DNA of 64,000 nucleotides from Eledone cirrhosa (GCA_964016885.1 OZ024740.1:154070001-154134000), one strand, 5' to 3'; shown: positions 1-12,839, numbered from the stretch's first letter. The notes: generated from the sequence alone by a model not told the origin. Program-made: numbers and translations.

Positions 1-117
1 ACGGCTTGAGCTCAGCCGTCGGGATCCTACTCGTTCCTATTACCCACTCTACTACCCTAAGTATTGAGTACTTTGGTGCGTTATGGTCCACCTGGTTCCT
101 TACCACAATTCCTGCGT

Positions 118-119
<2 letters not shown>
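1..119 (+). mobile_element. 3' part of short Penelope-associated HHR element (family A), cut by window edge
   Basis: Reverse complement of 11421-11539; starts with HHR stem III acggct-tgagctc-agccgt and the GUC site; ends in (TA)n. Confidence 0.7.
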
Positions 120-800
<681 letters not shown>

Positions 801-810
801 ACACGTACAC

Positions 811-851
<41 letters not shown>

Positions 852-951
852 CACACATATATATATATATATATGTGTATAATCAAGGTTTAGCAAATAA
901 GAAAAAGTTTCAAAATAAATTTTTTTCAATTAACTTTACTTACTATGGTTA

Positions 952-1035
952 CCTTTACCGAATCGGTTTCGAGTTTCAAAAATAAACGGACAGTCCACAC
1001 GGCATCCGTTGCAAAGATAAACTCTCGTCAGAAGA
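952..1035 (-). ncRNA. Type I hammerhead ribozyme with long stem II
   Basis: Minus strand: tctt-CTGACGA-gagttt...aaactc-GAAA-ccgattcggt-A-aagg; GUA cleavage triplet. Confidence 0.8.
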
Positions 1036-1436
1036 ATCTTTTCACTCGGAGAATATAAAATTCCCGAGTTAAAATTACGAACTGGCGCTATTCAAAATTG
1101 TTCCCGAGATGAGAATAAATGAAGTGGAAGCAATTCTTTCAAGTGCCGTGTGTAAAGATAGAGGCAGAGGCAGGGAGGTCAGTCTGCTCCCGCTATAACT
1201 AGCAGCAGTCAGAACGACCACATTTTTTCTCAACCAAGAGGAGATTAATAATAATAGAGTATATGTTCCCACACGCACAAGGCGCTTAGGGACACATGTA
1301 TTGTCCAACCATATGCCAATGTGGCTCAATGGCAGGTTAATAAATTAACGAGCCAGAACATATATAATCAAGGTTTAGCAAATAAGAAAAAGTTTCAAAA
1401 TAAATTTTTTAAAATTAACTTTTCTTACTATGGTTA

Positions 1437-1520
1437 CCTTTACCGAATCGGTTTCGAGTCTCAAAAATAAACGGACAGTCCATACGGCATCCGTTACAAA
1501 GATAAACTCTCGTCAGAAGG
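1437..1520 (-). ncRNA. Type I hammerhead ribozyme with long stem II (second pLTR copy)
   Basis: Minus strand: cctt-CTGACGA-gagttt...agactc-GAAA-ccgattcggt-A-aagg; stem I cctt/aagg. Confidence 0.82.
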
Positions 1521-1734
1521 ATCTTTTCACTCGGAGAATATAAAATTCCCGAGTTAAAATTACGAACTGGCGCTATTCAAAATTGTTCCCGAGATGAGAA
1601 TAAATGAAGTGGAAGCAATTCTTTCAAGTGCCGTGTGTAAAGATATATATGTATATATATATACGCACACATATATAAAAATACTTACACACAGACGCAC
1701 ACACTTGCGTTGGTTCGAGAGAGAAGGTATGTGT

Positions 1735-2390
1735 TGGCGATGTTAATGACGTTAATGGATGTTGAGGTATGGAGTTGTGCCTTGTGGTGGCGATGGTGGA
1801 GTTGTGAGCGACAAAAATATACAGGATCGAATAATACGATGTGTTACAGGTTAAAAGGTGACATAGGGAACACGGGGGAAAAGGTTTGAGGGGGTATAGC
1901 GATGTGTGTTGTGGTCATGGTGGTGATGAGTTGATATGTTCAATAATATCATTACATGATCAGATGTTACGGTGGTTTATAGGGTAAAGCATACGGAGAG
2001 GGCAGATGTAACACAGTCGTTCTGGGAGTGAGGGATGATATGTGTTGATGATATTAATGATGTTAGTGATTGTTGAAGTATGTGGATGTATCTAGTGGTG
2101 GCGGTGGTGGTGTGTGCGACAGTACATTTACAGGATCGAATTTTGCGTGGGGTTGTAGGTTAGGGTAGACAGGGGGAACATGGGGGAGTAAGGTTGCGGT
2201 TGTGGGATGGTAGACATATAACGATGTGTGCGGTTGTGGTGGTGGTGGTGGTGGTGGCGATGGGGTGATATGATCGACATATTATTTACAGGATCAGATG
2301 TTACTATGGTTTGCAAGGTAAAACCTGACAGAGAGGACAGATAGAACACAATGTTGCAAAGATGAGGGGTGTCTGGCGATGTGATTTTTG
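1735..2390 (-). repeat. Diverged ~310-330 bp tandem duplication in the presumed Penelope 3' UTR
   Basis: Blocks such as acaggatcgaat and gatcagatgttac recur about 310-330 bp apart. Confidence 0.55.
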
Positions 2391-2509
2391 GTGGGGGTGA
2401 TGTATGCGGCATGATATACAAAATACGGGCTTACAAATGGTTACATGCAATACAATAAAATAAATTCACTAAGATGAGGGATGGTGAGTCGGGCAAGAGG
2501 GGGTTATTA

Positions 2510-2970
2510 TTATGCTGGGTCATGATTAGTGTGCGGCCCTCCGCCGAATATTTGTGCAGAAAATGTGTTCATCCTGGTGTGTCTGCAATTGACAATTATG
2601 TCCGACCTATAGTTTATGGCAGATTTTAATTTAATTATTTCTGCCGCCTCGGCCAGGCAAAACCTGCAGTGGTTTCTGTCACTGGGGAGTTGCGCCACGC
2701 GTCTTTTGACTGACCATGTGACCTGGGATTCGATGTTCCTGTCCTTGAGATCCCAGATCAAGTCGGCCAGTCTGGTTTGGGATCGTTTCAGCCTATGTTT
2801 AAAGGAGCTTCTATGGTTATACCAGCGCTCCTTAAATGTAGTGGAGGTCGCACCTATGTATGAGTACTCTTTATTGCCGGATGTGACATCACACCGGTAA
2901 ACAATTTTTAAAGAGGCACTCCTCGTTTAGTCGGCATTCAGCCCGTTTTATGCAGTTGCAGTTAGGTGTT
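2510..2970 (-). pseudogene. Penelope-like GIY-YIG endonuclease fragment (5'-truncated, frameshifted)
   Basis: Translation CNCIKRAECRLNEECL / VYRCDVTSGNKEYSYIGATSTTFKERWYNHRSSF...WSV...CRFCLAE...INYRSDIIVNCRH. Confidence 0.85.
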
Positions 2971-3148
2971 ACCGGTGTGGTATATATATAAATATTAGTC
3001 TAAAATACGGTGAAAGCTTATAATTTCTAATTTCTAATTTCAAACTCGCGCACCGTTTCAAAAACATACATGTTTACGTTTATAATTTGCTTGTTTATCA
3101 TTCACTTGCTAAGTTCATAGCTTCTAATTCGAATGGAAGGCGATGGGA

Positions 3149-3219
3149 TGTGTATTGGTGTAATGGTAGCACAGTGGTCTGGATAACCAAAGATGTGGGT
3201 TCGACTCCCATGTACGGCA
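3149..3219 (+). tRNA. tRNA-like sequence, anticodon loop CTGGATA (GGA), imperfect acceptor stem; probably tRNA-derived rather than functional
   Basis: A box TGGTGTAATGG, B box GGTTCGACTCC, D arm, anticodon arm TGGT/ACCA, T arm GTGGG/CCCAT; T5 terminator at 3229-3233. Confidence 0.6.
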
Positions 3220-3438
3220 ACACTCATCTTTTTCCATTTCTCCGAGGGTTATAAACCCCACTATCAGGCTAGACATTTCTTTAGTCTAAAATACGGTGAA
3301 AGCTTATAATTTCTAATTTCTAATTTCAAACTCGCGCACCGTTTCAAAAACATACTTACATGTTTGCGTTTATAATTTGCTTGTTTATCATTCACTTGCT
3401 AAGTTCATAGATTCTAATTCGAATGGAAGGAGATGGGA

Positions 3439-3509
3439 TGTGTATTGGTGTAATGGTAGCACAGTGGTCTGGATAACCAAAGATGTGGGTTCGACTCCCA
3501 TGTACGGCA
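3439..3509 (+). tRNA. tRNA-like sequence, second identical copy
   Basis: Same sequence as 3149-3219, also followed by TTTTT. Confidence 0.6.
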
Positions 3510-3667
3510 ACACTCATCTTTTTCCATTTCTCCGAGGGTTATAAACCCCACTATTAGGCTAAAAATTTCTTTAGTCTAAAATACGGTGAAAGCTTACAAT
3601 TTCTAATTTCAAACTCGCGCACCTTTTCAAAAGCATACTTACATGTTTACGTTTATAATTTGCTTGT

Positions 3668-3760
<93 letters not shown>

Positions 3761-3765
<5 letters not shown>

Positions 3766-4072
3766 AGAAAAAAAGATGAAATCTAAAATGCAACTGGAGT
3801 CTTTTTAAAAAAAATATATATATATTTATTTGGTTCCTTTACCTGTTTCGCAGTTGAGATGGAGGGTCTGTGTTGAGAAAAACTACAGACCCTCCATCTC
3901 AACTCTACTTTTGAAAAGAAGAGGACTGCTAAACCGGTAAAGGAACCAAATAAATATATATATATTTTTTAAATAAGAATCCAGTTGGATTTTCGATTTC
4001 ATCTTTTTTTCTTTATATTTTCACTCGTGTAGGACACCTCGGTTATTTTTCATTTTGTAAAAAAAACCTCAC

Positions 4073-4078
<6 letters not shown>
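3761..4078 (+). mobile_element. Fold-back (inverted repeat) Penelope pLTR fragment with the 3' half of an HHR
   Basis: Arms about 3761-3872 and 3885-4017; consensus of the arms ...actgc-GAAA-ccggt-A-aagg (palindromic ACCGGT stem III). Confidence 0.7.
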
Positions 4079-4113
<35 letters not shown>

Positions 4114-4117
4114 GTAA

Positions 4118-4157
<40 letters not shown>

Positions 4158-4159
<2 letters not shown>

Positions 4160-6702
4160 CATTGGAAAGCTTGAGTCCCTACTGAATAGGACACTAAAAA
4201 ACATAGACACTAAAAATAGACTGGAAATAAAGTACAAAACTAGGAGGAAAAAGCTAAATATTATCATAGAGGAACTGAAGCAACGCATTGTAGCAAAGAG
4301 TGCACAAATCAGGCGATACGAGAACAGAGTCAGTTAGTATAGACAGAACCGCATGTTCGACAACAACCAGAAGATGCTGTTTGGACAGCTTGCAGGGAAA
4401 GAAAGAGGCGACAACTTGATCCCTGAGGCTGAACAAACTAAAACATTCTGGAGAGGAATATGGGAGCAGGATGTTAAACATAATGACCAGGCAGTGTGGA
4501 TTGAGACAGTACAGAAGGAGATTAGTGAACAGGCACACCAACAAACTGATTTGAGTATCACAGTTGAAACACTTAGGCAGGCCAAAAAACTAACCAACTG
4601 GAAATCACCAGGCCCAGATGGTGTGCAGGGGTATACTGACAACCATGTTCAATGACTGCTTGATGTCAGGTGAGGTACCAGAGTGGTTGACAAAAGGTAC
4701 CACAGTTCTGATAATGAAAGACGGAATCAAGGGTATGATGTTACCAACTATAGACCTATCACATGTCTATCCGTAATGTGGAAACTGTTGACAATCATTA
4801 TGTCTGAAGAAATCTACCATCACCCCCACACAAACAACTTGTTACCGGACGAACAGAAAGGATGCCGAAAGAAGTCACGTGGTACAAAGGACCAGTTACT
4901 TATTGATAATATGGTAATGAGGAATTGCAAGAGGAGACACACTGGTCTTGCCATGGGATGGATAGACTACAAAAAGGCATTTGACATGGTGCCTCATTCT
5001 TGGATCACCAAAAGCCTGGAGATCTTCAAGGTGGCAGATAACATCAGACAGTTGTTGGGCAAAAGTATGAAGTCCTGGGAAAAAGAGTTAACATCAACTG
5101 GAGAATCCTTGGGAAGCGTGAAGATCAAGAGAGGTATCTTCCAGGGAGATAGTCTCACCCCTCTGTTGTTTGACCTTGCCCTGATGCCCCTGACCAGTAT
5201 ACTGCTAAAAGTGAGAGCAGGATACAGGTTGGGAAAGGGAGGGCTTTCACCTCCTCTTCATGGACGATCTTAAGCTCTTCGGGAAGAGTGAGAAGGAGTT
5301 GGTATTAGTAAGTGTGGAGTCCTTGTGATGAAGAGAGCTAAATTGAGCAGAAGTAACGGAATCCAGGTACCAGCAGGTGAGATGATAAAGGAAATTGACT
5401 CTGAGGAAGGATACAAGTATTTGGGTGTTCTGGAGGCTGATGACATTAAGAACAAAAAAAATGAAGGAATTGTTAAGAACTGAATACATTCGGAGGGTAA
5501 GGAGCGTATTAAAGTCACATCTGAACAGTAGGAATGCCATAAGTGCAGTAAATTCCCGAGCTGTGTCTATTGTTAGGTACAGTGCGGGAATTCTGAGATG
5601 GAATGTTGCTGAACAAAAAGAAATGGATAGGAAGACTAGGAAACTATTGACTATCTACAACATGTTCCACAAGAGGAGTGATGTCGATAGACTCTACTTA
5701 AGGAGATCTGAAGGTGGAAGAAGTCTTATCAGCATAGAGGACTGTGTTCAGATGGAGAAAAACAACCTACACAAATACGTGACTGATAGTAAGGAGCCAA
5801 TGCTCAGAACTGTACTGAAGGAGGGGACAATAGACCAGGGGATGTCCAAGGAGGAAATAACATCAAGGAGAAAGAGCAGCCTTCAGGAAAAATCCCTTCA
5901 TAGTACCTTCTTTGAGAAAACTGAATTCAGAGATCCACAGACATGGAACTGGTTGAAAAGAGGAGACCTTAAAAAGGCTACAGAAGGAACGTTAATGGCT
6001 GCGCAGGAGCAGGCCCTCAAAACGAAGTGGTTGAAACACCATATTTACAAGGAGGAGGCTAGCCCACTGTACAGGATCTGTGGAGAGAGAGAGGAGACCC
6101 GAGTGTAAACACCTAGCCCAGACTCACTATAAGGGTTGGAGACATGATGTAATGGGCAGGGTGATCCACTGGCACCTATGCAAAGTAAACAATTTAGCAC
6201 ATTCTGAGAAGTGGTATGAGCATAAGCCAGAGTCGGTGATAGAAAACGATCAGGTGAAAGTGCTGTGGGATTTTAGGATACAGATGGACAAGAAACTGGA
6301 ACACAATAGACCTGACCTGGTGGTTGTGGACAAAGAAAAAAGATCGTGCCTGATTGTGGATGTGGCCTGCCCATTCGACACGAGAGTGCAGGAGAAGGAG
6401 AGGGAGAAAATTAACCGATACCAGGACTTAAAGTGGGAGGTAAAAAGGATTTGGAACTGCCATAAAGTCAAAGTGGTACTGATTGTCATAGGCGCACTAG
6501 GTACTATCTCAAAAAGTTTCCAGGGATGGTTAAAGAAAATTGGCCCCTTCACGCTTTTTGGAACGCTTCAAAAGGCATGCTTGCTGGGAACAGCAAGAAC
6601 CCTCCGATACGTCCTGAATATCTGAGGCTGCAGGTAGTGGCTTGATATTCATTTCAACAAACTTTCCAGTTAACTAACATCAATGACTGAGACTCAAAGA
6701 AA
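4158..6702 (+). mobile_element. R4/Dong-clade non-LTR retrotransposon (RT, CCHC, restriction-like endonuclease), degenerate copy 1
   Basis: [44 protein letters not shown]...DVACPFD motifs; (AAT)n on both sides; frameshifts and deletions. Confidence 0.9.

Positions 6703-6786
<84 letters not shown>
6703..6786. repeat. (AAT)n microsatellite (tail/target between the two LINE copies)
   Basis: Direct reading. Confidence 0.98.
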
Positions 6787-6787
<1 letters not shown>

Positions 6788-8890
6788 TGCCAGAGTGGTT
6801 GACAAAAGGTACCACAGTTCTGATAATGAAAGACCGAATCAAGGGTAATGATGTTACCAACTATAGACCTATCACATGTCTGTCCGTAATGTGGAAACTG
6901 TTGACGAGCATTGTGTCTGAGGAAATCTACCATCACCTCCTCACAAACAACTTGTTACCGGACGAACAGAAAGGATGCCGAAAGAAGTCACGTGGTACAA
7001 AGGACCATTTACTTATTGATAATATGGTAATGGGGAATTGCAGGAGGAGACACACTGATCTTGCCATGGGATGGATAGACTACAGAAAGGCATTTGACAT
7101 GGTGCCTCATTCTTGGATCACCAAAAGCCTGGAGATCTTCAGGGTGGCAGATAACATCAGACAGTTGCTGGGCAGGAGTATGGGGTCCTGGGAGACAGAG
7201 TTTACATCAACTGGAGTATCCTTGGGAAGCGTGAAGATCAAGAGAGGTATCTTCCAGGGAGATAGCCTGTCCCCTCTGTTGTTTTTCCTTGCCCTGATGC
7301 CCCTGACCATTATGCTGCGAAAAGTGAGAGCAGGATACAAGTTGGGAAAGGGAGACCTTACCATCAATCACCTCCTCTTCATGGACGATCTTAAGCTCTT
7401 CGGGAAAAGTGAGAAGGAGTTGGATGTGCTTGTTGACACTGTCCGTATTTTCAGCAGTGATATATGTATGCAGTTTGGTATTAGTAAATGTGGAGTCATT
7501 GTGATGAGGATGGGTAGGTTGAGCAGAAGTAACGGGATCCAGATACCAACAGGTGAGATGATAAAGGAAATTGACTCTGAGGAAGGATACAAGTATTTGG
7601 TCGTTCTGGAGGCTGATGGCATAAAGAACAAAAAAATGAAGGAATTGTTAAGAACTGAATACATTCGGGGAGTAAGGTGCGTATTGAAGTCACATCTGAA
7701 CAGCGGAAATGCCATAAGCGCAGTAAATTCCCGAGCTGTGTCTATTATTAGGTACAGTGCGAGAATTCTGAGATGGAATGTTGCTGAACAAAAAGAAATG
7801 GATAGGAAGACTAGGAAGCTATTGACTATCTACAACATGTTCCACAAGAGGAGTGATGTCGATAGACTCTAGCTAAGGAGATCTGAGGGTGGAAGAGGTC
7901 TTATCAGCATAGAGGACTGTTTTCAGATGGAGAAAAAGAACCTATACAAATACGTGACCTATAGTAAGGAGCCAATGCTCAGAACTGTACTGAAGGAGGG
8001 GACAGTAGGCCAGGGGATGTCCAAGGAGGAAATAACATCAAGGAGGAAGAGCAGCCTTAAGGGAACATCCATTCATAGTACCTTCTTTGAGAAAACTGAA
8101 TTTAGAGATCCACAGACATGGAACTGGTTGAGAAGAGGAGACCTCAAAAAGGCTACAGAAGGAATGTTAATGGCTGCGCAGGAGAAGGCCCTCAAAACGA
8201 AGTGGTTGAAGCACCATATTTACAAGGAGGAGGCTAGCCCACTGTGCAGGATCTGTGGAGAGAGAGGAGACTGTGGCTCACATTGTGTCCGAGTGTAAAC
8301 ACCTAGCCCAGACCCACTATAAGGGCTGGAGACACGATGTGATGGGCAGGGTGATCCACTGGCACCTGTGCAAAGTAAACAATTTACCACATTCTGAGAA
8401 ATGGTATGAGCATAGGCCAGAGGCGGTGATGGAGAACAATCAGGTGAAGGTGCTGTGGGATTTTAGGATACAGACGGACAAAAAACTGGAACACAATAGA
8501 CCTGACCTGGTGGTTGTGGACAAAGAAAAAAGATCGTGTCTGATTGTGGATGTGGCCTGCCCTTTCGACACGAGAGTGCAAGAGAAGGAGAGGGAGAAAA
8601 TTAACCGATACCAGGACCTAAAGTGGGAGGTGAAAAGGATTTGGAACTGCCATGAATCAAAGTGATCCCGATTGTCATAGGCGCACTGGGGACTATCTCC
8701 AACAGTTTCCAGGGATGGTTAAAGAAAATCGGCCCCTTCACGCTTTTTGGAACGCTTCAAAAGGCATGCTTGCTTGGAACAGCAAGAACCCTCCGATACG
8801 TCCTGAATATCTGAGGCTGCAGGTAGTGGCTTGATATTCATTCCAACGGACTTTCCAGTTAACCAACATCAATGACTGAGATTCAAGGAA
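6787..8890 (+). mobile_element. R4/Dong-clade non-LTR retrotransposon, 5'-truncated copy 2
   Basis: RT with LFMDD, CRICGE...H...C knuckle, RLE; closely similar to copy 1; (AAT)n tail to about 8963. Confidence 0.9.
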
Positions 8891-8897
8891 TAACAAC

Positions 8898-8962
<65 letters not shown>

Positions 8963-9027
8963 TAAGGATGAAAGCAGCGATTCTTTGCTTAAACTTTAAT
9001 CTGTTATTTTAATATATATATATATAT

Positions 9028-9510
9028 GAAAGACGTAAAATAAGAAAATTTAAAAAAAATAAAAATTAACTTACTTACTAAAATTTTCACTCCAACTAAT
9101 TAGTTTCTGTAATGGGATAAAGATAGTTACGCAATGTAACTATCGAGAATTCATTACATCATCAGGGAGTCTATTCTCAGCTAAGTCTCCAGGCAATGCG
9201 CGGACACTAGGGACTCATATAAAAATAATAATTCGGTGGATGGAACAGCTAGCGGGGACTGAATTCCATGCACTGAAAAAGTTCACTGTCTCTGGTCAAA
9301 TGGCAGATTCTAAAGAATCAATCACGTGACACTGAGGCTAGTCGGAAGGAGTGGGGTGGTAAAATGACAAAAGCCTACTACCACACCAATGAATTAATAG
9401 TGGATTTGGCAGGTTTACTCAACAAATAAATAATTTGGAGATAAATATAGAGAATTAGTATATTTACCAACATATGCGTACAGATGTACACTAATGCTAG
9501 CAAATACATA
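9028..9510 (-). mobile_element. Non-coding HHR element family B, copy 2
   Basis: Homologous to 278-800; flanked by (TA)n. Confidence 0.7.
9089..9170 (-). ncRNA. Type I hammerhead ribozyme, intact core, extended stem II
   Basis: Minus strand: actcc-CTGATGA-tgtaatg..gatagttac/gtaactatc..cattaca-GAAA-ctaattagt-T-ggagt; stem III is the palindrome ACTAATTAGT. Confidence 0.85.
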
Positions 9511-9524
9511 TATATATATATATA

Positions 9525-11403
9525 ACGGCGATGAATCAGGTATGAAAATTGGTCGCACATGCAATAGGGGCTAGTATCAAAACTACCCTAAAGGGCCACA
9601 TATTCAAGTTCAACGAGAAGATCTACACCCAAAATGAGGGAGCAGCCATTGGCGTCAGCATAGCTGGTGACGTTGCCAACCTTTTTATGGTATGGTAGGA
9701 AAGGAGACTCAAAGATCTCCTTGATGAGAGCTCCATAGACCCCATCATGTACTCTCGTTAAGTAGACGACATCAATATAGTAATAAGGACATCCCCACAA
9801 GAGAGCACTAACAAGTTTGATTTAGAACGTAGCACAATGGAAAGCATTCAGCAGATAGCTAATTCCATACACCAGTGTATAACTGTAACTATCGACTACC
9901 CTTCCAAACACCCTAACAATAGACTACCTGTATTAGACACGGAACTCTGGATTAACACTATAGACGAGAGAGCCCAAATTCTCCACTCACACTATGCTAA
10001 ACCCATGCCCTCCAAATACCTGATACTCTAAAACTCACCAATGTCCAGTAGTGAAAAGTTTAATATTCTGATCGCAGACTTGGAACAAGTGATGAAGAAC
10101 GCGTCCCGCATGTGCGACCCAACAGAAATGGAAAGACACACCCAACACTTCATCAACCGCATGCAGTTCTCTGGCTACAACCAAAGAGACAGAATGAGAG
10201 TATACGAAGGAGCCACGGAGAAGTATAAGACCCTCATAGAACTGGACATGAAAGGAATTTTCCCATTATACAGGAGCAAATCATGGAATAGCTTAGATAG
10301 GACTAGACATAAGATAGGGAAAGCCACCTCATGGTAGACAACTAGAGATACCAGAGTGTCATGTTTGTGGACGCTACCTCTGGAGGGAAATTGGCTAACC
10401 AGTGTACAAAGGCCCTGAGAAAGACCCACTTAAAAATAAAGGTGGTAGAAAAGCCAGGAACCACCATAAAATCCCTGATCAGCAAAACCTGCCCTTTTAA
10501 GAAAACCCACTGTACTAATAGGAAATGTATCATATGTAAAGTAAACCCCCGGATAAACTGTAAAACTAGAAACGTAGTCTATAGCATAAGATGTACAGAG
10601 GGTACTTGCAGAAACATGACAACAACATACATAGGCGAGAGCTCGTAGCATAAGTGAAAGGATAGACTAATACTGGGGGGAACTAAAAGGACGAAAAAAC
10701 GGTTCAGTACCATACGAACATGCTAGACAACAACACGACGGTAACATAGACAACATAGAAATTAGAATAATATCTAAACATAGAAATGACCCAGCAGATA
10801 GGCAAATCAGAGAGGCCAGCGAAATAGCACTTAGAAGGCCAAGGCTAAACAGTAAACAGAAAAAATGAATGGAATAACAACAACACCCAAACAAACAACA
10901 TTGACTTAAGAGAAGTATAAATAAATAAATACATACACAAGCACAATAACAAGAAACACATATAAACACACACTAGTAAACTAAGATAGAATACAATAAC
11001 CAATACACAGTCACCTAAACACGAACACATATCAAACAAAATACTATACACACGCGCAAACGCATGCGCAGAGAAGACATAAAAATAAACAAATAAATAA
11101 ATAAATAAACAGATTAAATAAAGATGGCGTAGGCATACAATGCAACGGGAGGAAACAATAGCACCACTGACAAGTTTGTAGATGTGCAACGAAAGAAATT
11201 TGTTAGACTATTTATATGTGTTTGTGTCTATATTGTATCTGTATTTTTGACCGTTGGTCAGTCAATGGCAACATTAAGGACCGAATAAATTAAATTAACC
11301 GATATAAAGGACACAGAAGCGAAAACCAACTAAACAGTGACTGTGTTCTGTTATTAATTCTGGCAATATTATTACACAAATATGACCCTCCCCAAGTATA
11401 ATA
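9525..11403 (+). mobile_element. Penelope-like element (Nematis-like RT plus C-terminal GIY-YIG), 5'-truncated, degenerate
   Basis: YTQNEGAAIGVSIAGDVA, SR*VDDI, LPVLDTELW, FSGY, FVDAT.GG.L, KVVEKPG, NVVY..C...YIGE; ends tatgaccctccccaagtata then (TA)n. Confidence 0.85.
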
Positions 11404-11420
11404 ATATATATATATATATA

Positions 11421-11640
11421 TAACGAAGGAAAAGTGGTAAGGAACCAGGGGGACCATAACGCACCAAAGTACTCAATACTTAGGGTAGTAGAGTGGGTAA
11501 TAGGAACGAGTAGGACCCCGACGGCTGAGCTCAAGCCGTCTCGACGGCTAATTCTGGTCCAGAATTCGACGGCTAATTTTAGTCCAGAATTAGCCGTCGA
11601 AACGGCTTGAGCTCAGCCGTCGGGGTCCGACTCGTTCCTA
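11421..11640 (-). mobile_element. Family A short element, fold-back inverted repeat centred on HHR stem II
   Basis: Arms 11501-11557 and 11583-11640; gacggctaatt...aattagccgtc-GAAA-cggcttgagctcagccgt-C. Confidence 0.75.
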
Positions 11641-11661
11641 TATATATATATATATATATAT

Positions 11662-12190
11662 ACGTGGAGAATATATAAAGGAGAACAAACCGTTAAAACA
11701 TGTTTATTTAAAATAGTACGTTTCTCCCGACTGGGTTTCTCAAGGGCATAACAAATTAAAAAGCGTTCCTTACATGACCCCTAATGGGTTTGGGAACATT
11801 GCTCTAACACTGGCTAGAGTTATCATCCTTGACCTACTGCAAAATCAATACATGTTTTTTTACGAAGAATGGACTGTGATGTGAACTTATCTCTAAAACC
11901 CATTAGGGGTTATGTAAGGAACGCTTTTTAATTTTTTATGCCCTTGAGAAGCCCAGTCGGGCAAAACGTACGTAGGTGCTATTTTAAATAAACATGTTTT
12001 AACAGTTTGTTCTCCTTTATTTACTTCTCCACGTGTATCCGCTCTGCTTATTCTCTCGCCCACTAGATATTAACACTTCTAATATTTAACACTGCAGGCA
12101 CAAGTATTGAGCACCCTCTGCATACGCTATTGGCAAATAACTACATGTATCGCCTATCTCTTCTTCTCTCTTTCGATACTTAATTATTCT
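11662..12190 (+). mobile_element. Penelope pLTR fragment with inverted 5' copy and variant HHR
   Basis: Arms about 11662-11791 and 11897-12034; HHR-like cc-CTTGAGAA-gccc-agtc-gggc-(G/A)AAA-cgtacgt-A-gg at 11941-11976. Confidence 0.65.
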
Positions 12191-12215
12191 ATATATATAT
12201 ATTTATATATATTAT

Positions 12216-12271
<56 letters not shown>

Positions 12272-12476
12272 TATGTATACGTACATGCATATATGTATAT
12301 AGACGTACATTAGTATGTATATACATACATACATGCACACACATATATATATGTACGTATGGGTTTACCGAACATTTATTATAATGCTCGGTTTGTTTGT
12401 AAACAAACAGCCCGAATTTTCAGCCGTACAGTGTTCGGCAACCATTGTTACCCTTTTGTTCAACACTGACAAAGGA

Positions 12477-12519
12477 ACGATGAACTAGTTTCGAGCTTAT
12501 TAGCTGTCATCAGCACCGT
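12477..12519 (-). ncRNA. Minimal type I hammerhead ribozyme
   Basis: Minus strand: acggtg-CTGATGA-cagct-aata-agctc-GAAA-ctagt-T-catcgt; stem III palindrome ACTAGT; first stem II pair mismatched. Confidence 0.75.
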
Positions 12520-12839
12520 ATACCTTCCTGTCAGTCGATTGAACGTTTGAAAGTATATACTTTCCTTAAGCATATTAACGTCTGAGCAGCCTAATTTGCA
12601 TATCTAGTGAGTTAGTCGGCCGGGTGCACCGAAAATGATAAATGGAAAAAATTTCATTTCTCACTCTTAGTACGGCTGATACTTAAATATATGTATACGT
12701 ACATACATATATGTATATAGACGTACAGTAGTATGTATGTATGTATGTATGTATGTATGTATGTATGTATGTATGTATGTATGTATGTATGTATGTATGT
12801 ATGTATGCATATATATATGTATGTATGCATGTATATATG

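Larger units (their letters stand above)
880..1642 (-). mobile_element. Penelope pseudo-LTR, partial tandem (period 485 bp, about 1.6 units)
   Basis: accgaatcgg at 957 and 1442; each unit has an HHR; lies 3' of the minus-strand GIY-YIG fragment at 2510-2970. Confidence 0.8.
2995..3666 (+). repeat. 286-290 bp tandem unit (about 2.3 copies) containing a tRNA-like sequence, inserted in (TA)n
   Basis: ttagtctaaaatacggtg at 2995, 3281 and 3571. Confidence 0.9.

Noticed and set aside
3240-3305. Possible hammerhead in the tRNA-containing tandem unit
   Set aside because: Hairpins are present, but neither strand has an acceptable CUGANGA plus GAAA core in both copies.
9525-11403. In-frame stops in Penelope ORFs as possible selenocysteine recoding (as in some Naiad elements)
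   Set aside because: The stops seen are mostly TAA/TAG, are not shared with the second copy, and the domain order is RT then endonuclease; ordinary decay explains them.
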